This document shows, in pieces, positions 9,418-18,159 of a stretch of 64,000 nt of DNA (position 1 is its first letter; each line of letters begins with the position of its first letter). Source of the stretch: Cyanobacteria bacterium auto_48_18. Lineage in GTDB: Bacteria; Cyanobacteriota; Vampirovibrionia; Obscuribacterales; Obscuribacteraceae. The stretch lies in NCBI GenBank assembly GCA_036170915.1, contig JAVHQC010000035.1:224001-288000 (forward strand). The letters are read 5' to 3'. The position numbers and the translations under genes were made by a program. The notes under the pieces are model-generated. The model did not search any database, was not told the DNA's origin, and saw only the letters and a list, made by a program, of their open reading frames with translations.

Positions 9418-10305
9418 ATGCACCTAAACTTACTAATAGTTATCAGTTTACTCTGCTGGAGCACCTGGGGCCTATTTGATAAAAAAGCGCTGGATGGCGC
9501 CGGGCACCTTGATGTTTTACTGTTTCAACATTGCTTCTACCTGCTGGAAGTGCCCGTCGGCTGGTTGCTGCTCAGCTGGCTTCATCATAATTCGTGGCAC
9601 GTCAGCTCAGAGACATGGCTCTGGACGGCTTTCGGCACACTGTCATCTTCGAGCGCCACGCTGTTCTATCTAGTTGCCATGTCTCGTGCAGAGGCCAGTT
9701 TCGTGTTAGGTATAACCGCTGGCTACCCGCTCGTAGTGCAAATCTTAGCCTTTTTCTACTTGCACGAAGCGCTGGTTCCAGAACGACTTATCGGCTCGGT
9801 GCTTGTGGGTGCGGGCGTTGCACTGGTGGGCTCTTCAGCCAGTAAGACCACAGACATGGCTAAACGCAATCAGAAGCTGGTGCTGCTCATGTGTTTACTG
9901 GCAACCGTACTCTGGGGCGCCACGGGCCTTTTTGACAAAAAGGCCCTTGACTTTGATGAACCTTTGCGAGTTTATTATGCCCGTGCAGTCTGGGACGCCG
10001 TGCTATTGGCGTTAATGCTCCTGATTTATCGGCGCATCAAATATAAGGTCGCTTGGGGCAGTGGAGTGGCCTGGAAATATTCCACCCTATCAGCCTTCTG
10101 CCTTGCTCTTGGCACGCTCACCTATATGTTTGCCATGACCATGGCCACAGCCTCGTATGTAATTGTCATCACCGGCTGCTATCCGCTTTTAATGTACCTT
10201 GGGGCGGTGATTTTTCTCAAAGAAAAATTGAGTAAAATGCGTCTGGCCGGCGTAGTCTTGGTGGTGCTTGGTGGTTTGCTGGTGCAAAACACACAAAGTC
10301 AGTGA
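9418..10305 (+). CDS. EamA/DMT family transporter
   Basis: Two internal repeats (WGLFDKKAL / TGLFDKKAL; YPL...LHE / YPL...LKE), about 10 TMs. Confidence 0.85.
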   Translation: MHLNLLIVISLLCWSTWGLFDKKALDGAGHLDVLLFQHCFYLLEVPVGWLLLSWLHHNSWHVSSETWLWTAFGTLSSSSATLFYLVAMSRAEASFVLGITAGYPLVVQILAFFYLHEALVPERLIGSVLVGAGVALVGSSASKTTDMAKRNQKLVLLMCLLATVLWGATGLFDKKALDFDEPLRVYYARAVWDAVLLALMLLIYRRIKYKVAWGSGVAWKYSTLSAFCLALGTLTYMFAMTMATASYVIVITGCYPLLMYLGAVIFLKEKLSKMRLAGVVLVVLGGLLVQNTQSQ

Positions 10306-10364
10306 GCTTAAAAGTCTGGGCATAATAACTTTCAGACAGAGATTGATCGAGGAGCAAGCAACAT

Positions 10365-12161
10365 ATGAGTGACGATTTCCGCAAAATAAAAACGGAAGAA
10401 GAGCTAAAAGACAAGATTTTATCGTCAGTCAGAGAGGCATTTACCGGCGAAGAAACCAGCCGGTGGATAGTTGCCATGCAAGAAGAGTCTGTCAGTCAGG
10501 CTGATGAGTCTGTGGTCACAGGGTCTAGCGACAACAAATTAAATGAGAACATGGCCGCCATTGTCGACAGGTTTTTCGACAATTTCAAACGTTACGCCTT
10601 CGAGTTTAATCGCAGCCTAGACCAGCGAGAGCTGGTGGTCAACTGCGAAAGACCGGCCAGTATGCGCACTCAGGCCGACTATACCGACATGGGCGATCCC
10701 ATCAGATTTTGCATTGGCCACATATCGTCGCGTGACTGGGCACTTGTGGTGCAGGCCGAAGAAAACCGAGTACGCGCTTTTATTGCACCAATCAAATACC
10801 TCGTCGGTTTTCAACCTGATCAACGAGACTTCGAACCTTATGTTGACATCAAGCTTATTAGAGACAAAGTCGGCGCCATGCGACAGATGGTCTGGTCTAT
10901 CGATGGACAAGCACTAGCTTTCGAAAGCATCCCCGCCCTCTCGCGCAGACTTTTCGGCCAATTGGTCAAGGTAACTCGCGGTGAAGCGACTAATACTGAA
11001 AAATTTGTCTTTGATCCGCACGAATACAAAGTCAATCCAAATGACGTCGCAATTGAGCGGTCGTACGAACCTGATGATCAAAATATGTTTTTCAAAGAAG
11101 CGCAAGAAAAAAATGCGGGTCAATTAGCTCCCAAGGGTTTTGCTTTAGAAAAAGAGAGGACAACTCATACACTGGCTGCTCTGGCCAATGTTGGTCAGAA
11201 TCCCAGTCCGTTTTTGAGCCATCAACAAATTCAGCACCACATGCCGGTGGCTTCGTCACAGCAATCTAATACAGATCAGCAAAATTTTGTACCGCAGCAG
11301 TTGCCTCTACCAATGCCCCAGCTGGCGCAACCTTCAGTAGGTAGAGAAACAGATACTCAAGATCAAGCTGACGCTGTCTCCGATAATCAAAATTCATTCA
11401 ACAAAAACGAACTGCCATATCGACCTGAACCTCAATCAGTAGAACAGTTCGCTAGCCCAGCTGCTGCCCCACGCCCTGTGCCTGAGCAAGCGCCGTTTGA
11501 CCAAAAAGATCTTTTTGAAAAGCTTGCAGGAGGCCACTCTCCCACACAAAACTCAGGGCAAGCTCAAGCACACGAAGCGCCTATGCAAACTGCTTCGCCA
11601 CCTGTATTTTCGCAAACACAGCAGCCGCAACCCCAAGTGCAAGAAAAATCTCAGGCCCAGGCTCAAGCTGAGACAACACAAATTCCAAACGCTGCTTCAA
11701 TACTTGCTCAGCGTCACAATGATTCTCAACCAGTATCAACGTCAACTCAACAAGCGTCAGCTCAATTAGCTTCAACTCAACCAGTACCAACTCAGACTCC
11801 CTCAGCTCAGACTCCCTCAGCTCAGCTAGCAGCTCAGCCGGTGTCATTAGACCCGCCTACCACAATGCCTGCCGTTGCTTACCATTTCCAGGCTGGCGCA
11901 GAAGGCCCTAATGGTGCGGCGGGTAAAGTCAGCATTGAAAAAGAAACAGCCGAAAATAATCGCAAAGTTGCTCATGCCTTGAAAGGGCTTTTCGATTCTG
12001 TTGATTCGTCCATCAGCACCCTCAATGCATTAGGGGTAGAAGCCATGAATGCAGACGACATTCAGGCAGTAAGCAATGTGATGAAGCAAGTGAAAACCCT
12101 AAAAGTTTTGCGCGACGGCATTGTGCAACTTTCTAAAGACTGGCAAAAGTCAATCGAATAG
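10365..12161 (+). CDS. Hypothetical protein: N-terminal globular region, Q/P/S/A-rich linker, C-terminal helical domain
   Basis: 598-aa ORF with an AGGAG SD; low-complexity middle including TPSAQ repeats. Confidence 0.8.
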   Translation: MSDDFRKIKTEEELKDKILSSVREAFTGEETSRWIVAMQEESVSQADESVVTGSSDNKLNENMAAIVDRFFDNFKRYAFEFNRSLDQRELVVNCERPASMRTQADYTDMGDPIRFCIGHISSRDWALVVQAEENRVRAFIAPIKYLVGFQPDQRDFEPYVDIKLIRDKVGAMRQMVWSIDGQALAFESIPALSRRLFGQLVKVTRGEATNTEKFVFDPHEYKVNPNDVAIERSYEPDDQNMFFKEAQEKNAGQLAPKGFALEKERTTHTLAALANVGQNPSPFLSHQQIQHHMPVASSQQSNTDQQNFVPQQLPLPMPQLAQPSVGRETDTQDQADAVSDNQNSFNKNELPYRPEPQSVEQFASPAAAPRPVPEQAPFDQKDLFEKLAGGHSPTQNSGQAQAHEAPMQTASPPVFSQTQQPQPQVQEKSQAQAQAETTQIPNAASILAQRHNDSQPVSTSTQQASAQLASTQPVPTQTPSAQTPSAQLAAQPVSLDPPTTMPAVAYHFQAGAEGPNGAAGKVSIEKETAENNRKVAHALKGLFDSVDSSISTLNALGVEAMNADDIQAVSNVMKQVKTLKVLRDGIVQLSKDWQKSIE

Positions 12162-12200
12162 CCAATCGAATAGGCAGTTGCTCACTCAAGCTAGAGACGA

Positions 12201-12231
12201 AAAAAGCGCTTCAATCACTGAAGCGCTTTTT
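12201..12231. terminator. Bidirectional intrinsic terminator
   Basis: AAAAAGCGCTTCA-atcac-TGAAGCGCTTTTT between a CDS and the convergent tRNA. Confidence 0.8.
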
Positions 12232-12241
12232 CATTTAGATT

Positions 12242-12331
12242 CGGAGAGGGAGGGATTCGAACCCTCGGTACAGATTAACTCCGTACGTCTTCTTAGCAGG
12301 AAGGTGCTTTCGACCACTCAGCCACCTCTCC
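12242..12331 (-). tRNA. tRNA-Ser(GCU)
   Basis: GGAGAGG/CCTCTCC acceptor stem, TGGCTGAGTGGTCGAAAGC D-arm, CT-GCT-AA anticodon loop, long variable arm, GGTTCGAATCC T-arm; CCA not encoded. Confidence 0.95.
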
Positions 12332-12417
12332 AGGTGCTGCCAATGCTCTGCTCTTCTATGATATCTCACAAAATGCATATTTTATTTCAAAAGCCAAAAT
12401 TAGCCGGTTGCAAAGCA

Positions 12418-13326
12418 TCAAATATTTCCTAAAACCACCAGATTGACCCAATAGTAGGCAATAGCACTACTAATGATAATGCTGTCACCGCGGTCAAGAA
12501 AGCCACCGTGGCCAGGGAAAGTGTCGCCGGAATCTTTAATGCCGGCATCTCTTTTAAGTAAAGACTCGCAAAGATCGCCTAACTGAGCCGCTACTGAAAT
12601 TATGGCGGCCATTAGCGGCGCCTGCCAGAGATTGAATTTAAATGGGTGGCAGGCAAAAAGAACATGATCTGACAAATAAGTGATGGTCACGCCAAAAATA
12701 ATTGAAACCACAAATCCGCCAACGGCTCCTTCGATGGTTTTTTTGGGACTGATTTGCGGATAGAGCAGGTGTTTGCCTATTCTCTTGCCGATGTAGTAGG
12801 CGAAAACATCGGTGCTCCAGATAATGAACAAGGTAGCCCAAACATAGGCCAACCCGGGCTGCTGCAGCGGATTGTCAGTGATGGGCATACCCACCGGAGT
12901 GAGGTTGCGCAACAAGACCAGATGGCTTGGTAACCAGCCTACATATATAAAGCCAAGAATGGTTGAGGCAATATCAGCGATGGTAGCTGGCGGATTGTCA
13001 TTGCGAAAAAGCAAACGGAAGAACGAAATATAGATGCCAATAGTAAGTAAGAGAGGGAAGTGCTGAATGGAAAAGCTGTCAGGCAATCTGTAGCCACCCA
13101 GCATCCATTGAGGAATATCAGGCAGTGCCGCCATGACAAAAAAAGCGACAATCATTCCAAGCACAATACGGCTGGAAGGATTAATGCCTTTCTTGCGAGC
13201 CATGGCAATGAACTCGCGCCCACCCATGTAACACGCAAAACCCAGAGCCAACGACAAAAATATGCCGCCGGCCATAATGCTGCAAACAGCACCGGCAAAT
13301 AAAAGCAAGCCAAAAAGCAGTCTCAT
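12418..13326 (-). CDS. cdsA: Phosphatidate cytidylyltransferase
   Basis: DVFAYYIG, ISPKKTIEG, GDLCESLLKRDAGIKDSG..PGHGGFLDR.DS. Confidence 0.95.
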   Translation of the reverse strand: MRLLFGLLLFAGAVCSIMAGGIFLSLALGFACYMGGREFIAMARKKGINPSSRIVLGMIVAFFVMAALPDIPQWMLGGYRLPDSFSIQHFPLLLTIGIYISFFRLLFRNDNPPATIADIASTILGFIYVGWLPSHLVLLRNLTPVGMPITDNPLQQPGLAYVWATLFIIWSTDVFAYYIGKRIGKHLLYPQISPKKTIEGAVGGFVVSIIFGVTITYLSDHVLFACHPFKFNLWQAPLMAAIISVAAQLGDLCESLLKRDAGIKDSGDTFPGHGGFLDRGDSIIISSAIAYYWVNLVVLGNI

Positions 13327-13335
13327 TTCGCTGTT

Positions 13336-14463
13336 CTATTGCTCTCTCGTTGCGCGGCTTGAAGCCATTAATCTGGCTGAAAAATATGCAGTCAGGGGAA
13401 TGGTCAAAACCAATCCTAGACTACCACTAATTGCCGAAGCCACTTCTGTTGCAACCAGATCGAGATTTATAAGTTTTGTCGAAGGAATTTGACTAATAAG
13501 CAATAGCAGCGGCAGAGCAGAGCCTGTGTAAGCCAGTATCAACGTATTGGTCATGGTGCCCATAATGTCGCGACCAACATTCATGCCTGATTGGTAAAGC
13601 TCAGTAAAGCTGAGGTGACCAGCTTTAGCCACTTCAGAAACGGCGGAGGCAATAGAAATGCCCACATCCATTATTACTCCCAGAGCCCCAATCAACATAC
13701 CAGCGGCCAGAAGACCGCTGTAAAAGCTAGGGCGAGCGACAAGCACAGAGCCACGCAAAATTTGCGCTTCTTCAGATGACAGGCCAGTCAGCGGAGCACT
13801 GACAATCACCACCTGAGCGGCAATGCCAGCCACAATTACTCCCCCTACAGTGCCAAGCATGGCAGCCAGAGCCTTTTTAGAGCGGCCAGCAACAAAATAC
13901 ATGGTGGCTACGGCTGAGACCAGGCAGATAGCAATTGCTACAAGCAAAGGATCGAAGCCATTCAATGAAAGTGGCAATAAGACAAAAGCAATTAAACACA
14001 CACTGACCAAAAGGGCCACTAAAGACTGAAGCCCTTTTTTGCCACCGAAGACGATAAAGGCTATCAAAAAAGCCAGTAACAGCCAGCCTAAAGTGGGAGC
14101 GCGGTGATAGTCGGCGATGTTATATTCGCTCTTTACCTTGCCACTACTAGCAGTGCCCGTGACAATCGAAAGAATCACTTCACTGCCGGGTTTAGCATTA
14201 ATATTGAAAGCCGGATTGTCCGTAATTTCATTGGCCACTGAAATTTTCTGGCCTTTCAGCTTTCCCTCTAAAATTTCCACGTCGACAATTTCGCGATTTG
14301 CCACCATGCCTGTCGATGTAAGCAATTGCTGATTAAGAACAGGCTTGCCTACTGAAATAACACGGGCCACAGCAAATTCTTCATCGGTAAAATGCGAACC
14401 CGGATCTTTCAGTGTGGCACCACCGGCAGTATTAAGCGCTGGAGAACCTGAAGATGGAGGCAT
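13336..14463 (-). CDS. YibE/F family membrane protein
   Basis: GALGVIMDV, GMNVGRDIMGTMTNTLILAYTG motifs. Confidence 0.85.
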   Translation of the reverse strand: MPPSSGSPALNTAGGATLKDPGSHFTDEEFAVARVISVGKPVLNQQLLTSTGMVANREIVDVEILEGKLKGQKISVANEITDNPAFNINAKPGSEVILSIVTGTASSGKVKSEYNIADYHRAPTLGWLLLAFLIAFIVFGGKKGLQSLVALLVSVCLIAFVLLPLSLNGFDPLLVAIAICLVSAVATMYFVAGRSKKALAAMLGTVGGVIVAGIAAQVVIVSAPLTGLSSEEAQILRGSVLVARPSFYSGLLAAGMLIGALGVIMDVGISIASAVSEVAKAGHLSFTELYQSGMNVGRDIMGTMTNTLILAYTGSALPLLLLISQIPSTKLINLDLVATEVASAISGSLGLVLTIPLTAYFSARLMASSRATREQ

Positions 14464-15729
14464 CTAAATCTCGCTATTATTTTTGGAGTTCTCAGAATTT
14501 TCCAAATTATTTTTATTGAAAATATCCAGCTGCTTAATTTCAGCCGTGGCCAGCTCAGCCAGAATGCGTTTGCTTACAGGTTTATCTAAATGCTGGTAAG
14601 CAAATGGCGTAGCCATGCGGCCGCGAGAGGTGCGTTGAATGAAACCTTTTTGAATCAAAAAAGGTTCGTAAACATCTTCTACAGTTTCGGAGTCTTCACC
14701 GATGGTGGCAGCTAGAGTCTCTAAGCCTACCGGTCCACCATCGTAGTGATCAATCAAAATTTGCAACAGCTTTCTATCGGTCATATCAAGGCCGTATTTA
14801 TCTACTTGATACGATTCCAGCGCAGCTTCTGCTATGGCACCATCAATTATGGCCGCACCCTGATATTGACCAAAGTCACGAACCAGGCGCACAAGACGGT
14901 TAGCAATACGTGGAGTACCGCGGGCCCGCGAGGCTATGGCCACAACAGCTTGATCGTCCATCGAAACATTTAAAATTTTGGCCGTGCGCGCCACAATTTT
15001 GGCCAGTTCGTCTTCGTCATAAAATTCCAGACGACAAACAAAACCAAAGCGATCTCTCAAAGCATTGGAAAGCATTCCCGCTTTAGTGGTGGCACCAATC
15101 AAAGTAAAACGGGGCAGTGGCAGACGCATGGTGCGCGTGGCCTGACCTTTGCCTGTAGTTAAATCGATGACAAAATCTTCGATGGCCGGATAAAGCAATT
15201 CTTCAGCCACGCGGCTCAGCCTGTGAATTTCGTCAATAAAAAGAACATCTCCTTCTTCAAGTTGATGCACCAGGCCGATAATGTCCCTCGGCCGCTCAAG
15301 TGATGGGCCTGAAGTCATATGAATGCGCGCCTGCATTTCGTTGGCAAGCACGCGCGCTAAAGTGGTTTTGCCTAATCCTGGTGGGCCGTAAAAAAGCACA
15401 TGGTCGAGGGCTTCACCACGTGATTTAGCCGCCGAAATAGACATGTGCATCATGGTTTTTAGCCGCGATTGACCAATGTATTCCTGCAAACTGTCAGGCC
15501 GGACCGCCTGATCTGATTTTTGATCCGCCGAATTTTCCTGACCTGAAAGTAAAGAAGAGCGACGATTTTGGCTAACGTTAACTTCTTCTATACTTGGAGA
15601 ATTTTTACTACTTTCCAGCGGTTTGGCCGCAACTTTCGTTTTGCCCGAAGAAGGCGAAGCAGAGACTTTGCTCTTAACCTGTTCGGCCGCAGAATCTGGT
15701 GAGTCACCGCTGGTTTTGATAATGGTCAT
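14464..15729 (-). CDS. ruvB: Holliday junction branch migration helicase RuvB
   Basis: RP...EYIGQ, GPPGLGKT, FIDEIH, GATT, RGTPRIANRL, GGPVG, YEPFL, RTSRGR; probable start MTIIK, with a Ser-rich N-terminal extension. Confidence 0.97.
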   Translation of the reverse strand: MTIIKTSGDSPDSAAEQVKSKVSASPSSGKTKVAAKPLESSKNSPSIEEVNVSQNRRSSLLSGQENSADQKSDQAVRPDSLQEYIGQSRLKTMMHMSISAAKSRGEALDHVLFYGPPGLGKTTLARVLANEMQARIHMTSGPSLERPRDIIGLVHQLEEGDVLFIDEIHRLSRVAEELLYPAIEDFVIDLTTGKGQATRTMRLPLPRFTLIGATTKAGMLSNALRDRFGFVCRLEFYDEDELAKIVARTAKILNVSMDDQAVVAIASRARGTPRIANRLVRLVRDFGQYQGAAIIDGAIAEAALESYQVDKYGLDMTDRKLLQILIDHYDGGPVGLETLAATIGEDSETVEDVYEPFLIQKGFIQRTSRGRMATPFAYQHLDKPVSKRILAELATAEIKQLDIFNKNNLENSENSKNNSEI

Positions 15730-15894
15730 AGATACGAACTCGTAATTTTTGTAAGTAATGGGGCTATTGAGCCAGGTATTCAGGAGATCATGAGAAGTAA
15801 TCAAGGTGTTCGCGAAGCAGGGCGTTTATCATTATTGCTGACGCCTTAGTCTCATGAATATGCCAGGGATATACTTGCCAGGGATACATCTGCA

Positions 15895-17031
15895 ATGAAT
15901 ACAGTTCAAAGTCCTACTCCAACAGCTGTGTCAGGTGCTAGCACATCAAGCTCAAGCTCCAGTCTAAGTCATAATCAGCCTGTTGTCGCTAGCCGTAAAA
16001 TTGTGGCCAACCCACTCACCTATGAGAAGTCTATATACACAAGGCCAGCGCATAGTGACCTGATTGGTCCACTACCTGAGATTTCGGTAGTGATACCGGT
16101 CTATAACGAAGAAGAAAATGTTGATCTGCTTTACGCTAAATTAGTCAGCGCCCTTGATCAATTAGACAGAGCCTGGGAAGCCATTCTTATTGATGACGGC
16201 TCAAAAGATCAATCTTATATAAAACTCAAAGCAATTGCTGCCGGCGATACACGTATAAAAGTGGTGCGCTTCGTGCGCAACTTTGGCCAGACCGCTGCTC
16301 TGGCTGCTGGTATTGATCACGCGCTGGGTGATGTGATTATCCCAATGGATGCCGACTTGCAAAATGATCCGGCTGATGTAAAAAAACTGCTTGAGAAATT
16401 AGACGAAGGATATGACGTTGTTAGCGGCTGGCGTAAAGAGCGCAAAGACGAGCTCTTCTTGCGCCTTATTCCTTCATGGACAGCCAATAAAATTATCTCG
16501 TCCATTTCAGGTGTTCGCCTGCACGATTATGGTTGCTCACTCAAGGCTTATCGCAAAGAAGTAATTAAAGACGTCAGACTTTACGGCGAAATGCACCGCT
16601 TCGTGCCAATTTATGCCACCTGGCTTGGTGCCAGGGTGGCTGAAATTCCTGTCAATCACTATGCTCGTCAGTTTGGCCAATCAAAATATGGCATCTCGCG
16701 CACATTTAAAGTCGTGCTTGATTTGATCACCGTAAAATTCATGGCTAAATATTTCACCAAACCAATCTATGTTTTTGGCACTGCTGGCTTGGCTTCGTGG
16801 ATTTTATCGTTCTTGATTTTCGGTTGGATGGTGGTACTGAAATACTACTACCAGACTTCATTCATTGAGACACCACTGCCGGTGCTGGTGGCGGTATTCT
16901 TCTTGATGGGAATGCAATTGCTGCTAATGGGTCTGCAGGCTGAAATTATGATGCGCACTTATCACGAGTCGCAAGGTAAACGCATCTATAAAGTCAAAAG
17001 TACGCTCAATGTAGATGGCGAACTGGTCTGA
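15895..17031 (+). CDS. GT2 glycosyltransferase (ArnC/DPM-synthase-like) with C-terminal TMs
   Basis: VVIPVYNEE, DDGSKD, NFGQ, DADLQ, HDYGCSLKAY, GEMHRF. Confidence 0.9.
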   Translation: MNTVQSPTPTAVSGASTSSSSSSLSHNQPVVASRKIVANPLTYEKSIYTRPAHSDLIGPLPEISVVIPVYNEEENVDLLYAKLVSALDQLDRAWEAILIDDGSKDQSYIKLKAIAAGDTRIKVVRFVRNFGQTAALAAGIDHALGDVIIPMDADLQNDPADVKKLLEKLDEGYDVVSGWRKERKDELFLRLIPSWTANKIISSISGVRLHDYGCSLKAYRKEVIKDVRLYGEMHRFVPIYATWLGARVAEIPVNHYARQFGQSKYGISRTFKVVLDLITVKFMAKYFTKPIYVFGTAGLASWILSFLIFGWMVVLKYYYQTSFIETPLPVLVAVFFLMGMQLLLMGLQAEIMMRTYHESQGKRIYKVKSTLNVDGELV

Positions 17032-17039
17032 GCATTAAC

Positions 17040-18086
17040 TCAGTAGCGTCTGGTCAGCTCCCACTGGTAGGCACTTTCAACCACTTGCTCTAAATTGAAC
17101 TGAGGCTTCCAGCCAAGTACAGCCTGAGCTTTGCTGTAGTCGGCTACCAGTTCGGGCGGATCGCCTGGGCGTCTATCCACAGGTAGACAAGGTACGCTTT
17201 TGCCGGTTACTTTCTCTACTGCGGCAATTACTTCTTTAACCGTGGCACCATTGGCTGTACCTAAATTGATGGCAACGCCATTGTTCGCCGACTCTTCCAT
17301 ATCACCCTTAAAATCAGTACTGGCAATGAGCTTGAGTGCCAGGCAGTGCGCTTCGGCCAGATCATTGACGTGAATATAGTCGCGCACGCACGTGCCGTCT
17401 TTGGTGGGATAATCGCTGCCGAAAATTTTGAGCGGCTGTTTGTTCTTGCCCATGGCAGCAGCCAGTGCCAGCGGAATTAAGTGTGATTCAGGTTCGTGAC
17501 TTTCACCAATCTCACTGCCTTTTTCACTGGTATCAGCCCCGGCGGCATTGAAATAACGCAAGGCGGCATATTTCAATTGTGACGAAAGGGCCAGAGCGCG
17601 CAATGCTTCTTCCACCATCAACTTTGTGCTGCCGTAAGTATTAATGGGTCTTTGCTGATGTGCTTCATCCAATGGAGAATATTCTGGATTGCCATAAGTT
17701 GCGCACGTAGAGGAAAAAACAATCTGTTTGACATCAGCAGCAACCATCACCTGAAGAAATTTCAGAGTTTCAATTACATTGTTTTCGAAATATTTGAAGG
17801 GTTTGATTTGCGATTCACCCACATAGGCATTGGCCGCAAAGTGAACAACCGCGTGGATATCATGGGCGTTAAAGATGTCACCGATGGCATCTATGTTACC
17901 GAGTGAGGTCTTATACAAGTGAATGCGTGAGCTACAGGAGCCATCAAGGGAGAGCAAATTGCCGAGGGTGAGATTATCCACCGCCACAAGCTCAGCAGAT
18001 GGATTTTGCTTGAGGTAATAGCGCACGAAGTGCGAACCGATGTATCCAGCGGCACCGGTTACCAATAGCATCGGTTTCAACCTCAA
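17040..18086 (-). CDS. galE: UDP-glucose 4-epimerase
   Basis: TGAAGYIGSH, HFAA..VGES, FSSTCATYG, YGSTK, LRYFN, RDYIHV.DLA. Confidence 0.93.
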   Translation of the reverse strand: MRLKPMLLVTGAAGYIGSHFVRYYLKQNPSAELVAVDNLTLGNLLSLDGSCSSRIHLYKTSLGNIDAIGDIFNAHDIHAVVHFAANAYVGESQIKPFKYFENNVIETLKFLQVMVAADVKQIVFSSTCATYGNPEYSPLDEAHQQRPINTYGSTKLMVEEALRALALSSQLKYAALRYFNAAGADTSEKGSEIGESHEPESHLIPLALAAAMGKNKQPLKIFGSDYPTKDGTCVRDYIHVNDLAEAHCLALKLIASTDFKGDMEESANNGVAINLGTANGATVKEVIAAVEKVTGKSVPCLPVDRRPGDPPELVADYSKAQAVLGWKPQFNLEQVVESAYQWELTRRY

Positions 18087-18159
18087 GATGAAAAGCTATC
18101 AAAATTCTATCAGCTTCGCCAAAACAGAGTAATATTGTCTTGTTGGGCTCCGACCAAGC

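Noticed and set aside
12242..12331. tRNA-Ser as an integration site
   Set aside because: No integrase, and I saw no duplicated tRNA 3' end in the window.
15730..15804. Longer ORF-track starts for ruvB (also gdh, rsmD, serS, rpmE and GerMN)
   Set aside because: Downstream starts fit the family N-termini or SD sites better.
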